Shown here: positions 48,962-57,750 of the stretch, one piece after another
Layout: every line of letters begins with the position of its first letter
Position numbering within the stretch: position 1 is the first letter of the stretch
NCBI GenBank assembly: GCA_965219455.1
Contig: OZ244744.1
Span: 2,752,001 to 2,816,000 of the forward strand
Reading direction: 5' to 3'
Origin: Candidatus Latescibacterota bacterium
Lineage (GTDB): Bacteria; Latescibacterota; UBA2968; GCA-2709665
DNA: 64,000 nt
Program-made: the position numbers and the translations under genes
Notes under the pieces: generated by a model
The model's database searches: none
Told to the model about the DNA's origin: nothing
The model's input: the letters and a program-made list of their open reading frames with translations, nothing else

Positions 48962-50794
48962 ATGATGCGTTACAGAAGCATGCTCCACTGCGTCCAGGAC
49001 CTGGAAAAACACGGCCACCTCGTCCGGATCGGGGATGAAGTCGATCCCAACCTTGAAATGGCCGAAATTCACCGCCGCGTCTACCAGTCCCGCGGCCCGG
49101 CCCTCTTTTACGAGAACGTCAAAGGCAGCGACTTTCCGGCCGTGTCAAACCTTTTCGGCACCCTGGAACGTTCCCGCGTCATCTTCCGCTCCACGCTCAA
49201 GTGGGTCAGGCGTCTTATCGAAATCAAAGCCGACCCGCCCGCCTATCTGAAAGCGCCCTGGAAAGCCGCGGGCATCGCCAGCATCGCCCTGAATATACCG
49301 CCCCGTAGAGTTCGGTCCGGTCCCGTGCTTAAACATACAACCACGATCGCCCGACTCCCGCAGATCAAGTGCTGGCAGGACGACGGCGGCGCCTTCATCC
49401 TGCTCCCCCAGGTCTACACCGAAGATCCTATGAATCCCGGTATCCTCAAATCCAACCTGGGGATGTACCGCATCCAGCTCTCTGGCAACCAATACGAACC
49501 CGACAGAGAGGTCGGTCTGCATTACCAGATCCGGCGGGACATCGGCATCCACCATACAAATGCCATTGCAAAGGGCGAGCCCCTTCGGGTCAGCGTTTTC
49601 GTCGGCGGCCCGCCCGCCCATACGTTCGCCGCGGTTATGCCCCTTCCCGAAGGCCTGCCCGAAGTCGCTTTCGCTGGAGGGCTGGCCGGCCGCCGCTTCC
49701 GATATGTACAAAAAAACGGCTTCACCATATCCGCCGAAGCCGACTTCTGCATTACGGGCACCGTCAATCCAGGCCAGACCCTGCCCGAAGGCCCGTTCGG
49801 CGACCACCTGGGATATTACAGCCTGGCACACGAATTTCCCGTGCTGAACGTCGATACCGTCTATCACCTCGAGGGCGCGGTCTGGCCCTTCACCGTTGTC
49901 GGCCGGCCGCCTCAGGAAGACACCGCCTTCGGCGAACTCATTCACGAATTGACGGGCCCCATGGTCCCCGTCGAACTGCCCGGCCTCAAGGCCATCAACG
50001 CCGTCGACGCCGCCGGCGTTCACCCCCTGCTGCTGGCCATCGGCAGCGAGCGTTACGTGCCTTATCGCGAACGGCAACCGCAGGAGATTCTCACCATAGC
50101 CAACGCCCTGCTGGGATTCGGTGCGTGCTCGCTCGCCAAGTATCTATTGATCGTCGCCGGCGAAGACAATCCGCAACTGGACATCCACAATATCAGCGAC
50201 TTTCTCCGCCATCTGCTCGAACGCGTGGACTGGACTCGCGACCTCCACTTTCAGACCCGCACCACGATCGATACCCTGGACTATTCCGGTACCGGCCTGA
50301 ACGAGGGTTCCAAGGTCGTGATCGCCGCGGCGGGCGCAAAAAGGCGGGATCTGTCCACCGAAATTCCACGCAACCTGGTACTTCCCGACGAGTTAAGGAA
50401 TCCGAGAGTCGCGCTTCCGGGCATCCTGGCCGTCGAAGCGCCGCCCTATAATACTCCTGCCGAGGCGGAAGCGGCACAACGGCTGACTGCCGCCCTGGAA
50501 TCCGCGGATCGGGCGAAGGGCTTTCCATTGATCCTGTTTGTGGACGACGCCGATTTCACCGTGCGGACGCTGAACAATCTCCTATGGGTAACGTTTACCC
50601 GTTCCAATCCCTCGCACGACGTTTACGGCGTCGGGAGTTTTATCGAAAACAAACACTGGGGCTGTCATGGGCCGTTGATCATCGATGCCCGCCTGAAGCC
50701 CCACCATGCGCCGCCTCTGGTTGAAGACCCGCAAATTACGCGGAAAGTCGATCGTCTGGGTGAGCGCAACGGCCCCCTTCACGGCATTATTTGA
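48962..50794 (+). CDS. UbiD family (prFMN-dependent) decarboxylase
   Basis: VDPNLEMAEI, NLGMYR, EGPFGDHLGYY, VVGRPPQED, DTLDYS. Confidence 0.9.
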   Translation: MMRYRSMLHCVQDLEKHGHLVRIGDEVDPNLEMAEIHRRVYQSRGPALFYENVKGSDFPAVSNLFGTLERSRVIFRSTLKWVRRLIEIKADPPAYLKAPWKAAGIASIALNIPPRRVRSGPVLKHTTTIARLPQIKCWQDDGGAFILLPQVYTEDPMNPGILKSNLGMYRIQLSGNQYEPDREVGLHYQIRRDIGIHHTNAIAKGEPLRVSVFVGGPPAHTFAAVMPLPEGLPEVAFAGGLAGRRFRYVQKNGFTISAEADFCITGTVNPGQTLPEGPFGDHLGYYSLAHEFPVLNVDTVYHLEGAVWPFTVVGRPPQEDTAFGELIHELTGPMVPVELPGLKAINAVDAAGVHPLLLAIGSERYVPYRERQPQEILTIANALLGFGACSLAKYLLIVAGEDNPQLDIHNISDFLRHLLERVDWTRDLHFQTRTTIDTLDYSGTGLNEGSKVVIAAAGAKRRDLSTEIPRNLVLPDELRNPRVALPGILAVEAPPYNTPAEAEAAQRLTAALESADRAKGFPLILFVDDADFTVRTLNNLLWVTFTRSNPSHDVYGVGSFIENKHWGCHGPLIIDARLKPHHAPPLVEDPQITRKVDRLGERNGPLHGII

Positions 50795-50801
50795 ACGATG
50801 C

Positions 50802-52235
50802 TCAATAGAGATCATCCGCCGTCGTGACCGCACACCACCGTGCGGTAAACATCGCGTCCAGCAACGCGTTCCGGGCCCTGGGCGTACCGATGCGTCTGAG
50901 GGCCAGCGCCGCATAAAACCGGTTGTAGCGATTCTCGTCCCGCAAAACGTCAATCAGGTCGTCCACCGCCGGATCCCCCGCCTCGCCGACGTTGCAGAGC
51001 ACCAACGCCGCGTTGCGCCGTACCCGGTAATCGGGATCCTTTACGGCCCGGAACACCGTGGGCAGTACATCCTCGGAATCTGCCCCGATGGAACGCAACG
51101 CTTCCAGCGCATTGCGCCGGACCCACCAGTGATCGTCGGAAACCCTGCTGACCAGGTCGGGCACCGCCGCATCCGCTGCCGTGCCCATCCGGGCGAGCAC
51201 GTCCGCCGCCATAGCGCGAATCCACCAGTGATCGTCCTCCAGTACCTCCAGAAGCGCGGGGACAGCCGACGCGCCCATGGTTGACAATGCCCGCGCCGCC
51301 GCTCCCGGCGTGGGATTGGTCCCGTGAGCGTTGTCCGCCGTCTTTGCTGTCGTTTCCTCAATAGCAGCCAGTGTCTCCTTACGCATCGCGCCTGTTAGAA
51401 GAGGTATCGATGTTTTGTCTTTCGCGAGCGCATATGCCGCGTTTATACGCACGCACTCGTCCCCGTCGAACAGTGCCTCCTCCTCCACGTCCCCAAGCGC
51501 GTCTGAACGTCCGTTGACGGCCTGTCCGTGCATCCAGCGCCAAACATCCATGGAAACAGCCGGGTTGGCATCATCGTCCGGGGGCGTCCAGGCTTCATCC
51601 CGGTGTTTCCACGTGGGGGCCTGTGGTTCCCGAAGACGCGTAAACTGAAACTTCAGCATGTACCTTTTGTTGTTGCTGACGTTGGGCGTCGCCCGGTGCC
51701 ACGAGTCGAAATGCATCAATGTAACGATCCCGGCGTCGCCGCAGATGGAATACCCCGGCTCAAGGGTGGCTTCCGGATCGGCATTCGAAATGGTTTTGAA
51801 ATTCTGCCTGCGCGGAATCACCCCCGAAGGCCCCATGTCCCGCGTGGTATCCTGTGGGTAATAAAACGCCAGCAGCCACTGAAAGCGCGGATGTCGAATA
51901 TTGTGGTCGAAGACATAACAGTCCTTGTGCCAACTCTGCCCCCTGCTACCCGACGGATTCAGATGGCAGTGCCGGTGCGGATTCATGATATAATCGGGTC
52001 CGAGCAGGCTCGTCAACGCGCCCCGCACCACCGGCTGGTCGAACACCTGCTGAATCCGGGGCACGCGGGGCAGTATATTGTTGCCGACGTTGCCTTCTTT
52101 TTCGAATACGGTTTCGATTTCATCGTAGATCTTGCCGTGTATCTCGGGGATTGCATCCGTCTGTACCGTCGTGTAGCCGTCCAGAATAAACCGCTGAATC
52201 TGCGCATCCGTCAGAAGATGATTTGTTGCGGCCAT
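50802..52235 (-). CDS. PhyH-family dioxygenase fused to HEAT/PBS-lyase repeats
   Basis: LTDAQIQRFILDGY, WHKD, distal WHR; repeats D..WWIRAMAADVL, DHWWVRRNALEAL, DYRVRRNAALVL. Confidence 0.85.
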   Translation of the reverse strand: MAATNHLLTDAQIQRFILDGYTTVQTDAIPEIHGKIYDEIETVFEKEGNVGNNILPRVPRIQQVFDQPVVRGALTSLLGPDYIMNPHRHCHLNPSGSRGQSWHKDCYVFDHNIRHPRFQWLLAFYYPQDTTRDMGPSGVIPRRQNFKTISNADPEATLEPGYSICGDAGIVTLMHFDSWHRATPNVSNNKRYMLKFQFTRLREPQAPTWKHRDEAWTPPDDDANPAVSMDVWRWMHGQAVNGRSDALGDVEEEALFDGDECVRINAAYALAKDKTSIPLLTGAMRKETLAAIEETTAKTADNAHGTNPTPGAAARALSTMGASAVPALLEVLEDDHWWIRAMAADVLARMGTAADAAVPDLVSRVSDDHWWVRRNALEALRSIGADSEDVLPTVFRAVKDPDYRVRRNAALVLCNVGEAGDPAVDDLIDVLRDENRYNRFYAALALRRIGTPRARNALLDAMFTARWCAVTTADDLY

Positions 52236-52261
52236 CGTTCAACCTCCTCTTACGCCGGTCT

Positions 52262-54118
52262 TCACCGTGTCGCCGGAAGCCCGAATCCAAGCATTCCCCT
52301 GGCTCTGTTCACTGCCGTCACCACCTGTTCAACCGTGTAAAAATCGCTTTTGAACACCTCCCGTCCGTCGGGCGCATAGATCACCAGCAACGGGATGGTC
52401 AACCGGCCGGTATTTCGCAGCTTTTCCTTGCCAACCGGGTTATTGCCTGTAATGTCCACCTTGATCGCAGCCACGTCGGGCCGTGCCAGCAATTTCACGA
52501 CTTCCGGACTCTGCAGCACGTTGTGTTCCAGAACCTTGCAGTTGAGACACCACTCCGCGGTAAAGTCCATCACCACAACCTGGCCCTCCTCCAGTGCCTC
52601 TTCCAACCGCGCGGGCGTGTAGTAGATCCAGTCGACCGGCCCTTTATCCGTAAACCGGACGGCGCCGACAGCGGAAAAAACGACAAGCGCCGCGCCGAGA
52701 CCGCCGAAAACCGCGCGGCGTCCCCAACGCGCGGTTATGCGCGCAGTTCCGTAAACCAGCCAGAATCCCGCAGCAGCGCCGAAAGCCATAACAACCCACC
52801 AGTAATCCTTGCCCGGCGGGTCAGGCGGTGTGACGACAAGCGCGCTCAGCCCGACGCCCACGAAATAGGCCGCCGCCGCCAGCATCAACAGTCCCATGAC
52901 CTGCTTGATCAACTCGCTGGCCGGGCCCGTACGGGGCACCCGGTTCGCGAGCGCCGGAAAGATCGACAACGCCATATATGGCGCGGCCATCCCGGCGCCA
53001 ATCGAGGCAAAGGTCAGCAGCGTCGTCGCCGGATACTGTGTGGCTGCCCACGCCGCGGCCGCTCCCATAAAGGGCGCCGTGCAAGGTGTGGAAAGCACCG
53101 CCGTCATGATGCCGAAACCGAAAGAACCCGTGAGGCTGTCCTGTCCGGGATTGATCCGGTAGACGGTCTGCGGCAGCCGGATATAAAACAGCCCGCACAT
53201 GCCTACCGCCATGACGGCGATAATCACCCCCACCAGGATCGTAAACAGCGGATATTGAAAAAGCTGATTGGTGGCCGTAAACCCGCTGATGCCCGCAATC
53301 ATCGTCCCCAGCGCCAGCCAGAAAGCCACCACGCCCAGCGACATCGCGGCCCCCAGTACAAGACGTCGCGCCTGGTTGTCCGACGCCTGCGCCAGCCCTA
53401 TAATCTTGATGGGAATCACTGGAAGCACGCAGGGCGTGAGATTCAACAACCCGCCGCCGCCGGCAGCCACGACCAGAAGCAGGATCAATCCCGCCGCGGA
53501 TGACGTATCGACGGAGAATGTCCAACCGAACAGATCGAAGCGCACACCGTTTCCCTCGGAAACGGCGCCTGCCGTGCCGTACCCTTCGAATAACGCCGAA
53601 TTCACCCGGTTTACAGGTTGATTGGCGTCTACGATCGCCAGCGACGTCTCCAGAACGGCCGTTCTGGGTATGAAACACGTGTACGCGTCGCAGGCCTGGT
53701 ACTCCACCTCCAGTTTCAGCCGCTGAGATCCGGGTTGTATCTCTTCGCCCACCTTAATGGGGAGGTAAAACACCGTTCGGCCCTCGAACACCATCAGATC
53801 GCCGTCAACGTAATCGGCCTGTATCGGATGCGGCTTCGGGAAACGAACGGCTTCCAGCGCCAGCCCACTCGCCGCCTCGAGGATGCGTACGTCTGTCGGA
53901 TACGGTTCAAAATCGCCGACGATCACCACCTGAGCCGGATCCGGATTGATATGAAATCCGTCGTCGATATCCACCACGATGCCCAGCGCCACGAGGTCAC
54001 CCGGCCGCGCCCCGTCCACGGACCAAGCCGTGCTCACTCTCACTTTCTCCTGCGCGTGAACCGGCGCCGTTGCGAAGAGAAAGGCGACCAGCAGGACAAT
54101 CACATTCGACGTTTGCAT
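52262..54118 (-). CDS. dsbD: Thiol:disulfide interchange protein DsbD
   Basis: Alpha domain QACDAYTC, TM domain LTPCVLPVIP and TPCTAP, thioredoxin domain AEWCLNCK. Confidence 0.9.
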   Translation of the reverse strand: MQTSNVIVLLVAFLFATAPVHAQEKVRVSTAWSVDGARPGDLVALGIVVDIDDGFHINPDPAQVVIVGDFEPYPTDVRILEAASGLALEAVRFPKPHPIQADYVDGDLMVFEGRTVFYLPIKVGEEIQPGSQRLKLEVEYQACDAYTCFIPRTAVLETSLAIVDANQPVNRVNSALFEGYGTAGAVSEGNGVRFDLFGWTFSVDTSSAAGLILLLVVAAGGGGLLNLTPCVLPVIPIKIIGLAQASDNQARRLVLGAAMSLGVVAFWLALGTMIAGISGFTATNQLFQYPLFTILVGVIIAVMAVGMCGLFYIRLPQTVYRINPGQDSLTGSFGFGIMTAVLSTPCTAPFMGAAAAWAATQYPATTLLTFASIGAGMAAPYMALSIFPALANRVPRTGPASELIKQVMGLLMLAAAAYFVGVGLSALVVTPPDPPGKDYWWVVMAFGAAAGFWLVYGTARITARWGRRAVFGGLGAALVVFSAVGAVRFTDKGPVDWIYYTPARLEEALEEGQVVVMDFTAEWCLNCKVLEHNVLQSPEVVKLLARPDVAAIKVDITGNNPVGKEKLRNTGRLTIPLLVIYAPDGREVFKSDFYTVEQVVTAVNRARGMLGFGLPATR

Positions 54119-54274
54119 ATCCGAGCGCTCCTTATACGTACTGTCCCTTCAATGTGTCACGAATATGCCCGCGATTCATTCCGTTTTTCTCAGCGGGAAG
54201 CAGAATCTCCACCATCGGGCGGGCAAGAGGTCAAAACGCACGGCCGCACAGCTTCTCTTGCCGATGTGGAATTT

Positions 54275-54302
54275 GCAGGGGCGACCGGCCGGTCGCCCCT
54301 AC
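54275..54302. repeat. GTAG-family REP palindrome
   Basis: GCAGGGGCGACCGGCCGGTCGCCCCTAC; the minus strand begins GTAG. Confidence 0.65.
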
Positions 54303-54554
54303 GAAACCAGGCATCCGCGAACTGATTTCGCCATGCCGTATCGTAGACCGGGTTTCGCTGACCGCCGAGAGCTGATAGCTGTTTTTCCTCGCTCCCTGCG
54401 GGTTAAAGAAACGAAAACATGTCTCAATGGCAACGCTTTTTTCTTTGCAAACAACCGGGGCCGTTCTTAATTTATGCCGCGAAATCAACTTCCTGGCGAC
54501 CATGCCTTGCAGGTTTGCTTTTCAGCTCTGAACCACTATCGGAGAATCCGTTCT

Positions 54555-55103
54555 TTGCATTTCCTGCGTGCCTATATCAGCTTTGCGAATCGGTTGAATG
54601 AACGCATTGGCGTTGCCGTATCGTGGCTCACCACGACCCTCGTGGCTGTTGTCTGTTACGACGTCTTCACGCGCTACCTCCTTAAAAGCAGCCTGGTGGC
54701 CGTGCAAGAACTGGAATGGCATCTGTTTGCCCTCATTTTCCTGATTGGCGCGGCGTATACGTTGAAACATGGCAAGCATGTGCGTGTGGATGTCTTCTAC
54801 AATCGCTTCTCGGCAAATAAAAGGGCATGGGTGGACTTCGTCGGAAGCCTGCTCTTTCTCATACCCTTCTGCCTGGTCGCCATCTGGTGTTCCCACGCGT
54901 TTGTCATTAACGCCTACGTTATCGGGGAAGGTTCGCCCGACCCCGGCGGCCTGCCCGCGCGGTTTATCCTGAAGGCCGCCATTCCGGTGGGTTTTTTTCT
55001 GCTGACCTTACAGGGCCTGGCGCTGGCCTTCGGTTCGCTGGTCAAAATTGCGGGCAACCAGCCGATCGACCCTGAAACCGAACAACAGGGGGCGGACGCA
55101 TGA
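54555..55103 (+). CDS. dctQ: TRAP transporter small permease
   Basis: QELEWHL, AYTL....[14 protein letters not shown]; TTG start inferred after GGAGA. Confidence 0.9.
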   Translation: MHFLRAYISFANRLNERIGVAVSWLTTTLVAVVCYDVFTRYLLKSSLVAVQELEWHLFALIFLIGAAYTLKHGKHVRVDVFYNRFSANKRAWVDFVGSLLFLIPFCLVAIWCSHAFVINAYVIGEGSPDPGGLPARFILKAAIPVGFFLLTLQGLALAFGSLVKIAGNQPIDPETEQQGADA

Positions 55104-56419
55104 TGGAAGCCATGCCGCTCATCCTGTTCGGGGTCCTGTTTGTACTGCTCCTGTTCGGTTTCCCCGTTGCATTCACACTGGGCGGCGTCTCCCTCATCCT
55201 GGGTTACCTCACGTTCGGCATCGATTTCTTCAATCTGTTGCCCCTGCGCATCTGGGGCGTGATGACCAACTACGTGCTCATCGCGGTCCCTCTGTTCGTC
55301 TATATGGGCGTCATGCTCGAGAAATCCGGGCTTGCCGAGGAACTGCTGGAAACGATGGCCCTGCTCTTCGGCAAGTTGCGTGGCGGCCTCGCCATTTCCG
55401 TGGTCGTTGTCGGCGCCCTTCTGGGCGCTTCGACAGGCATTGTCGGGGCAACCGTTGTCACCATGGGTCTCCTGAGTCTGCCGACCATGCTCAGGCGCGG
55501 CTATCGCACCGAACTCGCGACCGGTATCATCTCCGCGTCCGGCACTCTGGGTCAGATTATTCCACCCAGCATTGTCCTGGTGCTGCTGGGTAGCATCCTG
55601 AATATTTCCATTGGCGACATGTTCATTGCGGCCGTCATCCCCGGCCTGTGCCTCGTGGGTCTCTACCTGACGTGGATCGTGATTGTCGCCGTCACGAAGC
55701 CGGACTCCGCGCCTGCGATGCCCAGAGAAGAACTGGACCGGTTTGTAGGCGCCGTCAGAGTCAGACAGACCATACACGCCTTCCTCCTGCCCGGGCTGCT
55801 GGTAACGGCCGTCCTGGGTTCCATCTTTGCCGGTATCGCCTCCCCCACCGAAGCTGCCGCGGTGGGCGCCCTGGGCGCAACCATCCTCACGCTGTGTAAG
55901 CGCAAACTATCGCTCGAAATCCTCAAGTCCGTTATGGCCGAAACCACCCATCTCACCTGCATGGTCTTCATCATACTGGTCGGCGCCACTGCCTTCGGCC
56001 TTGTTTTCAGGGGAATGCACGGCGACGTGTACCTCACGCAACTGATCGTGGACGCCGACCCGGGGCCCCACCTTTTCCTCGCACTGGTTATGGTTATCAT
56101 TTTTGTCGCCGGGTTTTTCATAGATTTCATCGAGATTACGTTTATCATCGTTCCGGTTGTCGCGCCCGTATTCGCACACCTGGGCGTCGACCTTCTTTGG
56201 GTGGGTGTCCTCATCGCCATGAATCTGCAGACCTCTTTTCTGACCCCGCCGTTCGGATTCTCCCTGTTCTACCTGAAAGGCGTCGCGCCGCCCGAAGTGC
56301 GGACCGGCCACATCTATCGTGGCATCATACCCTTTATCATCGTCCAGCTTATCGGCCTTACCCTGGTCATCGTCTTTCCTGAAGTGGCCACGTGGCTGCC
56401 CCACTACCTTGCATCCTGA
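55100..56419 (+). CDS. dctM: TRAP transporter large permease
   Basis: [36 protein letters not shown]. Confidence 0.93.
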   Translation: MMEAMPLILFGVLFVLLLFGFPVAFTLGGVSLILGYLTFGIDFFNLLPLRIWGVMTNYVLIAVPLFVYMGVMLEKSGLAEELLETMALLFGKLRGGLAISVVVVGALLGASTGIVGATVVTMGLLSLPTMLRRGYRTELATGIISASGTLGQIIPPSIVLVLLGSILNISIGDMFIAAVIPGLCLVGLYLTWIVIVAVTKPDSAPAMPREELDRFVGAVRVRQTIHAFLLPGLLVTAVLGSIFAGIASPTEAAAVGALGATILTLCKRKLSLEILKSVMAETTHLTCMVFIILVGATAFGLVFRGMHGDVYLTQLIVDADPGPHLFLALVMVIIFVAGFFIDFIEITFIIVPVVAPVFAHLGVDLLWVGVLIAMNLQTSFLTPPFGFSLFYLKGVAPPEVRTGHIYRGIIPFIIVQLIGLTLVIVFPEVATWLPHYLAS

Positions 56420-56431
56420 TCGATACGAAAC

Positions 56432-56460
56432 AAAAAGGGACGCGTCACTCCTGCGTCCCT
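56432..56460 (-). terminator. Intrinsic terminator after dctP
   Basis: AGGGACGC/GCGTCCCT stem with U-tract on the minus strand. Confidence 0.65.
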
Positions 56461-56489
56461 GCGTACCAAGACCGCCGTGTTCAGAACTG

Positions 56490-57611
56490 CTACCCGCCAA
56501 TAGCGGAATAGTAGAGCTTCTCCGAGAGCGCGGCCCACGGGTTGATACTCTTCCGGAACGCGTCGAAAGAAGCGTACACCTTTTTGCTCATCGGATCGCC
56601 TTCAGCTACCTCGTTTTCGACCTCCACGGAGAACCGGCGCAGCGTCTCGAGAACCTCGTCCGAAAACCTTCGCAACTCAACGTTGTGTTCATTGGTGAGC
56701 TTCTGGAGATAAACACTGTTTTTGGCCTCGAATTCTGAAAGCATCCATGCGTTTGATCGGGCTGCGGCCGCCTCCACAATCCGTTGAAGATCGGTTGGCA
56801 GTTGCTCGAACGCGAGTTTGTTAACGATCAACTCAAGCGCGGTACCCGGCTCGTGCCATCCCGGATAGTAGTAATATTTCGCTGCCCTGAAGAATCCCAT
56901 CAGGAAGTCATGGTAGGGTCCGATCCATTCAGTCGCATCGATGACACCTCGTTCCAGGTTGGTGTAAATCTCGCCTCCGGCGGAAAGCACGGCGGATCCT
57001 CCGGCCTTTGCAATTACCTTGCCGCCGAGGCCCGGGATGCGCATCTTCAGGCCGTGAAAATCGGCGATGCTGTTCATTTCCCGATTGTACCAGCCGCCCA
57101 TTTGAACGCCGGTATTGCCCACCGGCATCGCGATAAGGTTGAACGGGGCATATAGCTCCTGCCAGAGTTCCAATCCCCCGCCGCTGTATATCCAGGCATT
57201 GAGCTGTTGTCCGTTCATTCCAAACGGAACCGCCGCAAAAAACTGCGTAGCAGGCGCTTTGCCGGCCCAATAGTATGCGGCGCCGTGGCACATCTCGACG
57301 GTTCCCTGGGTGACGGCGTCGAAACCTTCGAGCGGCGGAATCAACTCGCCACCGCCGTAAACCGTAATTTTCAGTTGCCCGCCGGACATCTCATCGATCC
57401 ATTTGGCCAGCAAGTCCGCGCCTTCGCCAAGAATGGGAAAATGCGGGGGCCAGGTCGTTACCATCTTCCATTCGAACTTCATTCCAGTATGCACGGCGGG
57501 CGCGTCGGATTTTTCGTTTGAAGCGGGGCTGCAACCCGCCAGAGCCGCAACGCCGCCGGCAACCCCGACGGAGGCCCTTCTGAGAAAATCGCGTCGTTCG
57601 AATTTCTCCAT
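56490..57611 (-). CDS. dctP: TRAP substrate-binding protein (TakP-like), Tat-exported
   Basis: RRDFL Tat motif, WKMVTTWP, YYWAGK, GNTGVQMGGW, LKMRIPGLGG, YPGWHEPG. Confidence 0.92.
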   Translation of the reverse strand: MEKFERRDFLRRASVGVAGGVAALAGCSPASNEKSDAPAVHTGMKFEWKMVTTWPPHFPILGEGADLLAKWIDEMSGGQLKITVYGGGELIPPLEGFDAVTQGTVEMCHGAAYYWAGKAPATQFFAAVPFGMNGQQLNAWIYSGGGLELWQELYAPFNLIAMPVGNTGVQMGGWYNREMNSIADFHGLKMRIPGLGGKVIAKAGGSAVLSAGGEIYTNLERGVIDATEWIGPYHDFLMGFFRAAKYYYYPGWHEPGTALELIVNKLAFEQLPTDLQRIVEAAAARSNAWMLSEFEAKNSVYLQKLTNEHNVELRRFSDEVLETLRRFSVEVENEVAEGDPMSKKVYASFDAFRKSINPWAALSEKLYYSAIGG

Positions 57612-57750
57612 TTAACTCCTCCGCGGAAATACCCTGTAACAAGAAGTCGTCAATCAACGAAACAAGGTAGGTCGCGTAAGCGCCGATGGCAAGAAAATTG
57701 AGAACCCCCGATATCCTCCTTTTCCGGGAGTCGGGGGTCGGGAGAAAGCA

